A stretch of 64,000 nt of DNA from Alphaproteobacteria bacterium (GTDB taxonomy: Bacteria > Pseudomonadota > Alphaproteobacteria > Bin95), in assembly GCA_030833925.1 (NCBI GenBank), contig JAURGE010000005.1, positions 4,654 through 68,653 on the forward strand. Reading direction: 5' to 3'. Each line of letters starts with the position of its first letter. Within the stretch, counting starts at the first letter, position 1. The position numbers and the translations under genes are program-made. The notes beneath the pieces are model-generated. The model was not told where the DNA came from, made no database searches, and saw nothing but the letters and a program-made list of their open reading frames with translations. This document shows, in pieces, positions 1 to 10,292 of this stretch.

Positions 1-74
1 CCAGACAAAGCACACACATGCGCGATGCCAGTGCCCATTTGCCCCGCGCCAATGACGCCGATGCGCTTTATCAT
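1..74 (-). CDS. hbd: 3-hydroxybutyryl-CoA dehydrogenase, N-terminus only (runs off window start; not in ORF track)
   Basis: Reverse strand from ATG at 74 reads MIKRIGVIGAGQMGTGIAHVCALS, a Rossmann GxGxxG typical of this family. Follows etfA, as in the common etfB-etfA-hbd order. Confidence 0.85.
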   Translation of the reverse strand, partial: MIKRIGVIGAGQMGTGIAHVCALS

Positions 75-100
75 TTTGGATACCTTAAGGGTGCCAGCTT

Positions 101-1051
101 TTAGCGAGCCGACTTTCGGGTTTCTATTTCGGACGTCAGTTCTGGAACAGCTTTAAATAAATCACCTACAAGTCCGTAATCAGCCACAGCAAAAATAGGA
201 GCTTCTTCATCTTTGTTAATGGCTACGATTACCTTGGAGTCTTTCATTCCAGCTAAGTGCTGTATCGCTCCCGAAATTCCAACAGCAATATAAAGTTCGG
301 GTGCTACCACCTTACCGGTCTGGCCAACTTGGTAGTCGTTAGGCACAAAACCTGCATCTACAGCTGCTCGGCTAGCTCCGACAGCGGCTCCCAGCTTGTC
401 GGCGAGTTCTTCGAGAATGGCAAAATTTTCGCCGGAACCCATGCCTCGTCCGCCAGATACAATAATTCCAGCTTGAGTAAGTTCAGGTCTTTCGGTCTTA
501 GTCAGTTCGCGACCGTTGAATGAGGACAAACCTGTTTCTCCAGCAGAAGCCAAGTCTTCAATCTGGGCAGAACCGCCTTCCGCTGCAGCTGGGTCAAATG
601 CAGTGGCGCGGACAGTGATGATTTTTACCGCGTCAGAGGATTTCACGGTTGCTAAAGCGTTGCCTGCGTAAATAGGGCGGACAAATGTTTCGGCGTCTAC
701 TACGTCCGTTATTTCAGAAATTTGTTGGACATCTAGCAGAGCTGCAGCCCGAGGCATGACGTTCTTTCCAAAGCTCGTAGCCCCTACCAATACGTGGGAG
801 TAGCTCGTTGCTACACTTTTGATGAGTTCAGCAACGTTTTCAGCAAGACCGTTCGCATAGGCAGCATCATCAGCCTTAAGGACCTTTGAAACACCGGCTA
901 TTTTTGCAGCGGCACCCGCTTGTCCGGCACAGTCGGACCCTGCAACCAGTATGTGAACATCATTATTGATTGCTAAGGCGGCGGTTACGGCATTCCTTGT
1001 CTGTGGAACTACGCCGTTTGCATCAATTTCTGCAAGAACTAGAACGCTCAT
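101..1051 (-). CDS. etfA: Electron transfer flavoprotein alpha subunit
   Basis: Motifs [39 protein letters not shown]; start overlaps the etfB stop (TAATG). Confidence 0.98.
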   Translation of the reverse strand: MSVLVLAEIDANGVVPQTRNAVTAALAINNDVHILVAGSDCAGQAGAAAKIAGVSKVLKADDAAYANGLAENVAELIKSVATSYSHVLVGATSFGKNVMPRAAALLDVQQISEITDVVDAETFVRPIYAGNALATVKSSDAVKIITVRATAFDPAAAEGGSAQIEDLASAGETGLSSFNGRELTKTERPELTQAGIIVSGGRGMGSGENFAILEELADKLGAAVGASRAAVDAGFVPNDYQVGQTGKVVAPELYIAVGISGAIQHLAGMKDSKVIVAINKDEEAPIFAVADYGLVGDLFKAVPELTSEIETRKSAR

Positions 1052-1800
1052 TAGATCACCTTCGCTTCATTCATCAGCTTGTCGACGAGTTGTGCTACGT
1101 CTTCTACCTTTGCTCCACCCTCGCGCTTTGGTGGTTCGGCAACAGTTAGCACAGCAAGCCTTGGGGTTTCATCTACGCCAAGATCGGCTGGCGACGTTTC
1201 GTCAATGGGTTTCTTCTTCGCCTTCATTATGTTCGGAAGAGAGGCATAACGCGGCTCATTTAGTCGGAGATCCGAGGTTACCACTGCTGGGAGTTTGACC
1301 GTTATGGTTTCAAGGCCACCATCGACTTCTCGTGTAACCTGAGCGCTTCCATCTTCTATTTTCACAACAGATGCGAAGGTAGCCTGAGCCCAGCCCAAAA
1401 GTGCAGCTGTCATCTGGCCAGTCTGGTTGCTGTCGTCGTCGATAGCCTGCTTGCCCACGATGATCATCTCAGGCTGTTCTTTGTCAGCCAGTGCCTTTAA
1501 GCATTTTGCGACTGCAAGGGGCTCTAGATTAGCATCTGTTTTGACTAAAATACCTCGATCAGCCCCCATGGCCAGAGCAGTTCGAATGGTCTCTTGGGCC
1601 TGCTGTGGGCCTATTGAAACAGCGATCACCTCTTCGGCTACACCTGCTTCCTTCATCCGAACTGCTTCTTCGATCGAAATTTCGTCGAACGGATTCATCG
1701 ACATCTTTACGTTTTGCGTCTCAACGCCACTGCCATCCGGCTTAACTCGGATTTTGACGTTGTAATCAATAACGCGCTTAACGGGCACCAGCACTTTCAT
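1051..1800 (-). CDS. etfB: Electron transfer flavoprotein beta subunit
   Basis: [49 protein letters not shown]. Confidence 0.98.
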   Translation of the reverse strand: MKVLVPVKRVIDYNVKIRVKPDGSGVETQNVKMSMNPFDEISIEEAVRMKEAGVAEEVIAVSIGPQQAQETIRTALAMGADRGILVKTDANLEPLAVAKCLKALADKEQPEMIIVGKQAIDDDSNQTGQMTAALLGWAQATFASVVKIEDGSAQVTREVDGGLETITVKLPAVVTSDLRLNEPRYASLPNIMKAKKKPIDETSPADLGVDETPRLAVLTVAEPPKREGGAKVEDVAQLVDKLMNEAKVI

Positions 1801-2119
1801 GGGGGCGGTCGCCTTTCGGTAACTCTAGGAAAAAGAAATGTACCTCACACATGTATGCGTGGCACACAATAATCAACGGTTTAAGAACGCCCTGCGCTCA
1901 AGTCAAGTTGTTGCATCTCCCGCAGCGTGTCTCCCGTTGTCGCTATGCCAATATGCCGCTTATGTAGCGGACAAATGTTAAGATTTATGAAACTGCTTTC
2001 ATAGAGAGATTAGCGGTTCTCATTAAGACTCAAGATTTCTCTTTCGTGTGGAGATAATCCTAGTTTTCTTGTATTGAACCATCTTTTATTTTGACCGTTT
2101 TGAGTTCTTGGAGGCGTAA

Positions 2120-2980
2120 ATGCCGTCAGCGGCAGTTGATATAGTAAGAACTGTTCACGATTTGCGAGAGAAGGTCGGCTCATGGCGCGCGGGCGGATTG
2201 ACGGTTGGTTTGATACCAACAATGGGGGCACTCCATGCCGGCCACCTCAGTCTGGTTCGGGCAGCTTTAGATCGTTATGACAGGGCAGTTGCTACTCTTT
2301 TTGTTAATCCTCGGCAGTTTGATCGTCTAGAAGATCTCGCTAAGTACCCGCGCACTGAGGATGATGATGCAGCTAAATTGGCTGAAGCTAAGGCACACCT
2401 GCTTTATGCGCCGAATGTTGGTGAAATTTATCCAGAGGGTTACTCCACCAACATTTCAGTTTCGGGTGTTAGTGCCGGCCTTTGCGGAGGCGATAGGCCG
2501 GGGCATTTTGATGGTGTTGCGACGGTATGTACGAAATTGTTTCTCCAATCGGGAGCGGATGGAGCATTCTTTGGTGAAAAGGACTTTCAACAACTAAGGG
2601 TGGTTCAACGGTTTGTGCGAGATTTAAACATTCCTATCGTCATTCACCCCTGCCCAACGGTGCGGGAAGAGGATGGACTTGCGCTTTCTTCAAGAAATAA
2701 AAACTTGACCGCTGAGATGAGAACTAGGGCGCCAGCAATTTATAATTCCTTAAGGGATGCCGCGAAGAGACTTTTGGACGGTAATGCCGTAGAGGCCGTT
2801 ATGGCTGAAGGTACAGATAAAATCCGATCAGCAGGATTTGAAAAAGTGGACTACTTTGAACTCAGGGATGCGGACAACCTGCAGCCATTAGATAGTCTCT
2901 ATCCTAATTCTCGACTATTTGCAGCCGCATGGTTAGGACCGGTTAGACTGATAGATAATATAGCTGTTACTAATTCTTGA
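2120..2980 (+). CDS. panC: Pantoate--beta-alanine ligase
   Basis: PTMGALHAGH (HxGH), FVNPRQF, RPGHFDGV, FGEKDFQQ, REEDGLALSSRN, VRLIDN; GGAGG RBS upstream. Confidence 0.97.
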   Translation: MPSAAVDIVRTVHDLREKVGSWRAGGLTVGLIPTMGALHAGHLSLVRAALDRYDRAVATLFVNPRQFDRLEDLAKYPRTEDDDAAKLAEAKAHLLYAPNVGEIYPEGYSTNISVSGVSAGLCGGDRPGHFDGVATVCTKLFLQSGADGAFFGEKDFQQLRVVQRFVRDLNIPIVIHPCPTVREEDGLALSSRNKNLTAEMRTRAPAIYNSLRDAAKRLLDGNAVEAVMAEGTDKIRSAGFEKVDYFELRDADNLQPLDSLYPNSRLFAAAWLGPVRLIDNIAVTNS

Positions 2981-3019
2981 TGTTACCTTCCACGATCGCT
3001 GAAGGAGTTTAATTGAGCA

Positions 3020-4225
3020 ATGAGCATCGCGTTGACCCAAGACCGTATTTTGCTGCGAGACCAGGCCCGTGAATTGGCGCAGGGACAAATTAGCGCCCGT
3101 GCAGCCGAAGTGGATAGAACAGAAGAATATCCTTGGGATCACGTTGAGGCGATGAAGAATTCTGGTTTTCTCGGCATGACCATCCCGCAAGCATATGGCG
3201 GCAAGGGCAAGGATTGGTTGGATGCCGTTCTTGTGATCGAGGAAATGGCAAAAGCTTGTTCAATCGCTGGGCGCATCGCTGTCGAAACCAATATGGGGGC
3301 TGTCTCTGCGATAATGGCTTACGGCTCTGAAGAGCAAAAAAAGCTTGCGGCCGATATGGTGCTTTCCGGGGACAAACCAGCAATTTGCATCACGGAGCCA
3401 GATGCTGGGTCAGATGCTAGTGGTATGACAACAAGGGCTGATAAGCGCGGCAACCAATATGTCCTAAACGGCAAGAAACATTGGATAACTGGAGGTGGAG
3501 TTTCGCGTCTTCACCTCATATTTGCCAAGGTTTTTGATGAGCAGGGAAATTTCGAGGGCGTTGGTGGATTTCTTGCCATTAGGGACGAAACTGAAGGCCT
3601 CGAGATAGTAAAGCGTGAACCAACGATGGGCCTTCGCGGCATTCCAGAAGCGGAGGTTGCCTTCAACGATATGGAGTTGCCGCCTTCATCACTCATCGTG
3701 CCGCCCAGGGGTCTGAAAAAAGGTTTTGCAGACCTTATGACAGCCTACAATAGTCAGCGTGTTGGGGCAGGGACAGTAGCACTGGGGATAATGGAGGGTG
3801 CTTATGAGCTGGCACTTGATTGGACTGAAAAACGTGAGCAGTTTGGCCGCCCAATAAACGAATTTCAGGGTGTTCAATGGCGTCTCGCTGACATGTCTAT
3901 CCGGATTGCTGCTGCGCAGGCGTTAATCTACAAAGCAGCTGAAAGCGGTAAAGGTGGCTTCCCAGATAAAATTATGGCCGCTCAAGCAAAAATCTATACC
4001 TCCGAGAATGCTATCCAGGTGGTCAATGAGGCTCTGCAGCTTTTTGGAGCCCGCGGATATTCGCGAAACCTCCCTTTGGAAAGAATGGCGCGCGACGTCC
4101 GCATGTTTACCATTGGCGGTGGTACTGCAGAGGTTCTACGAAACGTTGTAGCGTCAGGTCTTCTTGGTAAAAAGTTACCTCAGACAAGAGATGGATATCT
4201 GCCTAAATCTCAAGCTGCTGAGTAA
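3020..4225 (+). CDS. Acyl-CoA dehydrogenase-superfamily protein, most like 3-sulfinopropanoyl-CoA desulfinase (Acd)
   Basis: ACAD motifs (ITEPDAGSD, NGKKHWIT, REQFGRPI). No catalytic Glu (RMFTIGGGT; YNSQR with Gln246). Arg85 in GRIAVETN and C-terminal KLPQTRDGYL match my recollection of characterised desulfinases. Confidence 0.75.
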   Translation: MSIALTQDRILLRDQARELAQGQISARAAEVDRTEEYPWDHVEAMKNSGFLGMTIPQAYGGKGKDWLDAVLVIEEMAKACSIAGRIAVETNMGAVSAIMAYGSEEQKKLAADMVLSGDKPAICITEPDAGSDASGMTTRADKRGNQYVLNGKKHWITGGGVSRLHLIFAKVFDEQGNFEGVGGFLAIRDETEGLEIVKREPTMGLRGIPEAEVAFNDMELPPSSLIVPPRGLKKGFADLMTAYNSQRVGAGTVALGIMEGAYELALDWTEKREQFGRPINEFQGVQWRLADMSIRIAAAQALIYKAAESGKGGFPDKIMAAQAKIYTSENAIQVVNEALQLFGARGYSRNLPLERMARDVRMFTIGGGTAEVLRNVVASGLLGKKLPQTRDGYLPKSQAAE

Positions 4226-4385
4226 TGACTTATTAGGGAATTCCACTGCCTTCGATGTCATTCTTGGTTCAATAAGTGCGTTAAGCAACCGAAGAACATT
4301 GTTAAGCCAACTAATGTGAGTGAACGCCAATCGTAATATAGGTGGAAACTTTCTACAGACGCATTTACCACCCTTAAAACAGAAG

Positions 4386-5207
4386 CTACTTTCCGGCGTC
4401 TCGTTCCATCTGCTCCCAATCGAACATTGCTGGTTCTTTGGCCGCAAAACGTCGAATTGCATCTTTATGAAATTCGGTTGGGTAAAGCTGCGCTTGGCCA
4501 AACGCTTCATATTCCAGCATTGTTCTGTGATCGCTCTCAAAGGTTTTTTGCAGTAGCACCTTTGCCGTTGCGATAGCAGGTGTTGATGCTTTGCAGAAAC
4601 GCCTAGCAAAATTAGACGCGGCATCGACAAGCTCTTCATCTTTTTCCACTACCGTGTGTACGAACCCGAGAGCCTTGGCTTCCTCTGGTTTAACGCGTCT
4701 GCCTGAAAAGATAATATCTTTTGCTTTTTGCATCCCAATGGCGCGAGGAAGAGTGTAGAGCAGACCCCAGTCAGGAATAAGGCCAATCCGTGCAAACGAA
4801 CACGTAAAGCGGGTTGAAGGGCTGGCAAAGATGAAGTCGGCCATTAGAGCCAATCCAAATCCCGCTCCGGCCGCATGCCCATTCACAGCCGCAATAACTG
4901 GTAACTCCAAATGCAGAATTTCAAAAAGTCGGGTTTGCGAGCGACGCATTCGGGCACGACCAGCCACCACGTCATTACGTTTTGGGTCGTTCATTGCTTT
5001 GACATCACCGCCAGCGCAGAACGAGTTCCCCGCACCTGTAATTAATACAACTTTTACCTCTTCACCCGCCTTGGCTTTTAGGTCTTGAATAATAAAATCA
5101 AGGTCTGTTCGCATCTCTTCTGATAGAGCGTTGCGCGCTTCTGGGCGATTAAGTGTAATTTTGGCTAATCCATCCTCAATTGAATAGAGGGCATGTTGCA
5201 GCTGCAT
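4386..5207 (-). CDS. Enoyl-CoA hydratase/isomerase (crotonase) family protein
   Basis: ITLNRPEARNAL, FCAGGDVK, AAVNGHAAGAG, IGLIPDWG. Start placed at ATG 5207 (GGAG upstream); the track gives 5222. Confidence 0.9.
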   Translation of the reverse strand: MQLQHALYSIEDGLAKITLNRPEARNALSEEMRTDLDFIIQDLKAKAGEEVKVVLITGAGNSFCAGGDVKAMNDPKRNDVVAGRARMRRSQTRLFEILHLELPVIAAVNGHAAGAGFGLALMADFIFASPSTRFTCSFARIGLIPDWGLLYTLPRAIGMQKAKDIIFSGRRVKPEEAKALGFVHTVVEKDEELVDAASNFARRFCKASTPAIATAKVLLQKTFESDHRTMLEYEAFGQAQLYPTEFHKDAIRRFAAKEPAMFDWEQMERDAGK

Positions 5208-5250
5208 TGTCCAGAACTCCAAAAAATCAACGCGGAATTGCCCTATAAGG

Positions 5251-5802
5251 TCAAATCCGCTCTGAAAGCCAGATTGCCAGCTTGGAACCGCGTTTAATGA
5301 AGAAGCTCATTACCTCAAAGCCGGGAGCTTCTTCAGCTTGGTTCTCAAGGCCGATATCCCGATGTTCCAACTCTTCTGCCCTGAATTCAGTAATTGCTTG
5401 TTTTAGAGGTTCTTCTTTTTCTGGCAGGACGTCGAGTTGGTTGCGGTAATGCTCGTCAATTGCTTCTTCTACGGCAACTGTACAGGCCATAGCCGCCTTT
5501 GGTCCCATCAGAGCCGTTGCAGCTCCAAGGGCAAACCCAGCAGCGTGCCATAAAGGCAAAAGAGCTGTTGGTCTCACGTGGCGATCGCTAATAGCTTGTG
5601 AGAAGTAATCGAGATGCTTCTCCTCCTGGTCAGCCATATGTTTTATGGTAGAGGCATATTCGCTCTTCCCTAGAACGGCGAGTTGGCCAGCATATATCCG
5701 TTTTGCACCGAATTCCCCGGCATGATCAACACGGATAATACGTTCTATTATTTCTGTTTCTGTTGGGTCGCCTGCTAGACGGTGTCGTGTTTTGTTTCGC
5801 AT
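5251..5802 (-). CDS. coq7: Demethoxyubiquinone hydroxylase (Coq7 di-iron)
   Basis: RIIRVDHAGEFGA, EEKH, CTVAVEEAIDEHY, EELEH di-iron motifs. Confidence 0.95.
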   Translation of the reverse strand: MRNKTRHRLAGDPTETEIIERIIRVDHAGEFGAKRIYAGQLAVLGKSEYASTIKHMADQEEKHLDYFSQAISDRHVRPTALLPLWHAAGFALGAATALMGPKAAMACTVAVEEAIDEHYRNQLDVLPEKEEPLKQAITEFRAEELEHRDIGLENQAEEAPGFEVMSFFIKRGSKLAIWLSERI

Positions 5803-6323
5803 TAACGCCAGATCCGTAAAACATCTCTAACCACGACATAGAGCGCTCCGGTGCCCGAGGCGAGGGCGATGAGGCCATTCCATCCCGCCATAGAGATACC
5901 TAGTAACGACCATGCTATTTCATCGCAGCGCACAACTGGGCGGCTAAGTAGCTGATCTCGTATTGCAGCGATATTACCATTTCCAAAGCCTTTAAATCCA
6001 GCTCCGCATTCGGCTGTTCCCGACCACCAATCTTGTTCCACACCAACGTGAAAGGCAGCTATACCTGCTCCCACGAGAGCGGCTGTAGCAGCTATTGCTA
6101 GCATAAGCAGACTTACAGCAATGCGACCCTTGCCTTCCGTAAGTAAGGCAAGGAATGCAAAAACAATGGCAATGCCCCACGCCTTTCGTTGGTCGATGCA
6201 CAAAGCGCAGGGCGCAAGATCCCCAAAATGCTGAAACGCCAGAGCGCTAGCAAGCATTATTAACCCAATTGCTGCCAGAAGACCTGCTGTATTCAACCGG
6301 TTAATTGATAGTAAGAACCGCAT
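5802..6323 (-). CDS. dsbB: Disulfide bond formation protein B family
   Basis: Four hydrophobic helices, PCALCIDQR (CxxC), AAFHVGVE, second Cys pair (EC...RCD), ISMAGWN. Confidence 0.9.
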   Translation of the reverse strand: MRFLLSINRLNTAGLLAAIGLIMLASALAFQHFGDLAPCALCIDQRKAWGIAIVFAFLALLTEGKGRIAVSLLMLAIAATAALVGAGIAAFHVGVEQDWWSGTAECGAGFKGFGNGNIAAIRDQLLSRPVVRCDEIAWSLLGISMAGWNGLIALASGTGALYVVVRDVLRIWR

Positions 6324-6350
6324 CTCAGAAGAGTATCATGCGCTCACGCT

Positions 6351-7469
6351 TCATTGCGAGCGGGGTGTTAGATTAACTCCCCGATCATTGGTTTGTTTCG
6401 CTTCCCCGGCGATGGCGCTCCAGCTATCACGAATTCTTGTTAGAGCTTGACGCTCTCGTTTTGTATCGATCTCGGCTTTTACTGACATGCCTGCGCGCAG
6501 TGAGCTCAATCCAGGACCTGGTTTTAAACGGAGCTTAACTGGCAGTCTTTGAACAACTTTAACCCAGTTTCCAGTAGCATTCTGTGGCGGTAGAATTGCA
6601 AATTCAGCACCTGTCGCCGGACTGATACTTTCAACTTCAGCGTCAATTATTAAATCTGGATAAGCATCAGGAGAAATTACCGCAGATTGGCCGACCTCTA
6701 TGTTAGTCAATTCTGTCTCTTTAAGGTTTGCAATTACCCAGGGTGTTTGTTCGACGATCAAACTAAACGCCGCGTCACCGGCGTCCAAATGCTCACCAAC
6801 TTGCAGGTGCATATTCGAGATAATCCCCGCCGTAGGAGCGACAACGATAGTGCGGCGTAAATCGAGTTTTTTAGCTTCAAGTTCGGCCAATCGACTAAGA
6901 TACAATGCACGTTGTTCAAGGGGGCGATCGGGGTCGCCAGAGAGTGCAGCTTTCACCCTCTCAACCTTGGCCCTTACTGTGCGCAAACGATCGCGAGCAA
7001 CAGACAATTGAAGCTCAGCTTCATCGGCTCGAGATCGAGTGGTAACCCCTCGAGTTAGTAGACTGCGCTGTCGCTCGGCGTCCTTGGAATAGTAAGCGAT
7101 ACGGCTTTGCCATTCGCCTTCTTCAGTGACAGCTTCCCGCAATTCTGCTTGTAAGCTTGAGATTGCGGCACCAACCTTGGCCAGCTCTGCTTCCGCATGT
7201 GCAACGGCAATTTTGAATGGTTCTGGATCAACCCGAAAGAGAACATCACCGGCTTGAACTCTATCATGATCTCTTACAAGCACGTCGATGACGCGCCCGT
7301 CTAGATCAGTAGAAATTTGAACGATATCAGACTTTACGTAGGCATTTTCAGTGGAGATATATCGGCCACCAGTAAGATAAAAATATCCTGCTGCTGCAAT
7401 AGCTGCAGCGGGAAGACAGATAAGTAATACAAAGCGAATAAAGCCGCGGGAAAGTCTGCGGAATGCCAT
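6351..7469 (-). CDS. HlyD/EmrA-family membrane fusion protein
   Basis: N-terminal TM, STENAYV, PATGAEFAILPPQNATGNWVKVVQRLPVK (EmrA-type). Confidence 0.93.
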   Translation of the reverse strand: MAFRRLSRGFIRFVLLICLPAAAIAAAGYFYLTGGRYISTENAYVKSDIVQISTDLDGRVIDVLVRDHDRVQAGDVLFRVDPEPFKIAVAHAEAELAKVGAAISSLQAELREAVTEEGEWQSRIAYYSKDAERQRSLLTRGVTTRSRADEAELQLSVARDRLRTVRAKVERVKAALSGDPDRPLEQRALYLSRLAELEAKKLDLRRTIVVAPTAGIISNMHLQVGEHLDAGDAAFSLIVEQTPWVIANLKETELTNIEVGQSAVISPDAYPDLIIDAEVESISPATGAEFAILPPQNATGNWVKVVQRLPVKLRLKPGPGLSSLRAGMSVKAEIDTKRERQALTRIRDSWSAIAGEAKQTNDRGVNLTPRSQ

Positions 7470-7474
7470 AGGTT

Positions 7475-7954
7475 TTACTCCGCCGCTCTGCTTTGTGCGG
7501 CTGTTGCGGGAATTGATGAGCTAGATTGAACTACTTCGGAAAGTCGTCCGCGGACCATAGTCATTAGGTCCATCAAGGTTTCGCGTTGGTCTTCACTTAA
7601 ATCAATTGTTGCATCAGCTACTATCGTATCTGCAACGGCCCGTATTTTGGCCTGTGCAGCAGCAGCAGCCTTTGTAGGAAAAACGCGTCGTATGCGCCGA
7701 TCAATCGGGTCTGGCTCACGACGCACTAAACCATTTTCTTCCAAACGATCGAGTAACCGTCCTGCAGTGGCTCGTTCTACTTCCATCATTTCCGCAAGCT
7801 CTGTTTGGGAACAGCCAGGCCTGCGGTTTAGACGAGCAAGCACCATCCATTGGGCACGAGTGACCCCGAGAGCGCCGACTTGGCGATCAAACTCTGTCCT
7901 CATTAACCGCGATATATCCGCAGCGAGGAACCCTACGTGCCGGTCATCTTTCAA
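7475..7954 (-). CDS. MarR-family transcriptional regulator
   Basis: LGVTRAQW, SQTELAE, LDRLEENGLVRR..DRR winged-helix pattern. Confidence 0.93.
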   Translation of the reverse strand: MKDDRHVGFLAADISRLMRTEFDRQVGALGVTRAQWMVLARLNRRPGCSQTELAEMMEVERATAGRLLDRLEENGLVRREPDPIDRRIRRVFPTKAAAAAQAKIRAVADTIVADATIDLSEDQRETLMDLMTMVRGRLSEVVQSSSSIPATAAQSRAAE

Positions 7955-8036
7955 CAGAGACTCACTTGAGGAGGAATGGACTTGATATTGATCTATAACT
8001 TAGAGAAAATTGTTGGCAAGACAATTGTTGCGTAAG

Positions 8037-9272
8037 TTACTTTTTTGTCACAGCATCTTTGAAATAGGCCATCGTCACAACGATGCATACACCGGTCATA
8101 GCAATAAAACCAACTTGGTATGACCCTGTTCCTGAAACGATAATCGACAGGGTCTGGGGAAAGATGGTAGAACCAAAAAAGGTTAGAGCAAGAACTCCGG
8201 AGGTAGCCAGCCCAACCTGTCCTGGAGGTGCTCTTCGCGCTGTTTCGTAGAGCATAACGCCGTTCCAGGCTAATACACTGAGCCCAAGAACTACTCCCAG
8301 GCCACCTAACAAGAAAACATCCCAATTGGCATCTGCTGCCAATAAAACGCAGAGAGCTCCAGCCATTAAGACGGGAAGCACAGTTAATAATCTGGCTGTA
8401 GATGTAGTGTCGGCTAGCCAGCCCCAGGCAATGCGTCCGAAAATTGCTGTTATGCCTGCTACGGCTAATGGTAACGCCGCGAGTTGTTTTGAGAGCCCTA
8501 TACTGTCTTCTAGGTAAACAACAAGAAAACTAGTGACTGCGACCTGCACTCCCGCAAAAGCGAGGCTAGCCAATGCGATTTTTCGAAGATAAGGATTTTG
8601 TTTTAAAAGCCCTAGTGACAGCCGTGCTGACGTAAAACCACTTCCGATACTTGGCCCTGGCTCATCTAAAAGCCTACCTGCTTGGCGCATCGCCAAAAGA
8701 GCGATGAAGCACACGCCAGCTAGACATAAAAGCGAAGCTTGCCATCCTATCGTCGACTGCAAAGCTGGCATGGTTAGACTTGCTAAAAAATAGCCTATGG
8801 GTACGCCAGTTTGTTTGATTGACATTATAAGGCCCAGTCTGTTTTCTGGAGACCAGCGCGATAGGATAACAGAGCTCGCTGGTGTCATTGGCCCATAGCC
8901 CAGTCCAATAGCTAATGCAGATGCAACAAGTGCAACTGGATGGCCGACCGCTGCTAGAACACATCCGAAGCAGGATATTCCAACGCCGATTCTTACCGCT
9001 GTAATGCCACCATACCGTCCAACTAAACCACCACCGCCAAGCGCCGAAATTGCCGCTGCAAAAAATACGAGCCCTGTGTAAACACCGACCAATGAAGGTG
9101 AAAGGTCAGCTTCTGCCGCTATCTGAACCGCGAGAATCGCCGGAGAGAGTTGTGCAGCAGCACCTAGGCCTTGACCACCCATGGTGGCCGCAATTGCGAT
9201 CGTTGTGCGGCCGCTCCATCGTTGTTCAGACTGGTTCAATTTCAGTTCATTCTGATAGGTGGTGAGTGCCAA
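8037..9272 (-). CDS. MFS transporter (start uncertain)
   Basis: About 12 hydrophobic segments, GGLVGRYG loop, RLGLIMSIKQTGVPIG, GRIAWGWLAD. Confidence 0.88.
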   Translation of the reverse strand: MALTTYQNELKLNQSEQRWSGRTTIAIAATMGGQGLGAAAQLSPAILAVQIAAEADLSPSLVGVYTGLVFFAAAISALGGGGLVGRYGGITAVRIGVGISCFGCVLAAVGHPVALVASALAIGLGYGPMTPASSVILSRWSPENRLGLIMSIKQTGVPIGYFLASLTMPALQSTIGWQASLLCLAGVCFIALLAMRQAGRLLDEPGPSIGSGFTSARLSLGLLKQNPYLRKIALASLAFAGVQVAVTSFLVVYLEDSIGLSKQLAALPLAVAGITAIFGRIAWGWLADTTSTARLLTVLPVLMAGALCVLLAADANWDVFLLGGLGVVLGLSVLAWNGVMLYETARRAPPGQVGLATSGVLALTFFGSTIFPQTLSIIVSGTGSYQVGFIAMTGVCIVVTMAYFKDAVTKK

Positions 9273-9717
9273 CTGAGTCAGCCCGCAATGTTTCAGCTGC
9301 TTTAGCTAATATCCTTGCCAGACGCTCAGGGGCGAATTGTGTTTGAGTTAAAGCAATACCAATGTCAAAGACCTCGTCGTACCTTTGAATCAGGCCTTCT
9401 CTGAGTTGAAAGCGAGACATTCCTTTAAACAGTATACGCTTTCCTTTTGCGCTATCGAGTTTGGAGGCATAAGAGAACAGCCAATTAGCGTAACCTAAAT
9501 CGGAAGTTGCTACGGGCTCATTCATATCCCAGCGAAAGGCTTCCGCATCACGCCAAAAATGGTTTTCAAGCATGTTTTTAATGGCGGCCGGTCCTTGGAA
9601 TTCCCCGTAGAACGTGTCGTGATAGATACCATTCAAGGTGAATAGTTCGCCGAGCGCTGTTCCGTCCCCAGTCTCAACAGCTTCAGTGAAACGCGAAAGA
9701 AGGTCAGAGAAAATCAT
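9247..9717 (-). CDS. NTF2/SnoaL-like family protein
   Basis: LLSRFTEAVETGDG..LFTLNGIYHDTFYGEFQG pattern typical of NTF2-like folds. Confidence 0.75.
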   Translation of the reverse strand: MIFSDLLSRFTEAVETGDGTALGELFTLNGIYHDTFYGEFQGPAAIKNMLENHFWRDAEAFRWDMNEPVATSDLGYANWLFSYASKLDSAKGKRILFKGMSRFQLREGLIQRYDEVFDIGIALTQTQFAPERLARILAKAAETLRADSVGTHHLSE

Positions 9718-10292
9718 GCTCTAGGGCTCCAAAATCTGGTGATTACTGGCAATAGCGATTCAAGGCCTACAAAGGCGGCGGGAATGGATGCAGAGATAAA
9801 TATCGTTTCATAAGAAATACTAAAATCTCAATTTTCGCCAGAAAAGGAAAAGATAGCAGCTTTTAGATATGCCATGGCTTTAAGTCCAAGTCCTTCTGCG
9901 CGATTGAGAAAGCCATCGTCGAGAGGTTTGGGGAGGGGTACCATTGCAAAACGTTAGGTGTGTCTTAGACCTGCATGGTTTTCTTATCACTCGAGTATCA
10001 TTGGGCCTACATCTGCGCAAAAAAAGAAGTAACGGAAAAGGAATTGGCGGAATAGAAAGATATTAGGTTGGTTAGTGTCTGGTGTTAGTCAATTCAGGTG
10101 GATGCGAACGAAAAGGGATAAATAGCAATATCGCCTGTTTTGGCATTTACTGATATCGGGCGTAGGAATTTTTGAGGCTCAAGCGGGTACTTTCTCCGCT
10201 TTTGGTTTGCCTGGCCTAGTGACTTGTGCTGAAAATCTATGAAGAAACGACGCTATAAGGGATCGTCACGTTAGTTAAGGAGTTCATTTCAG

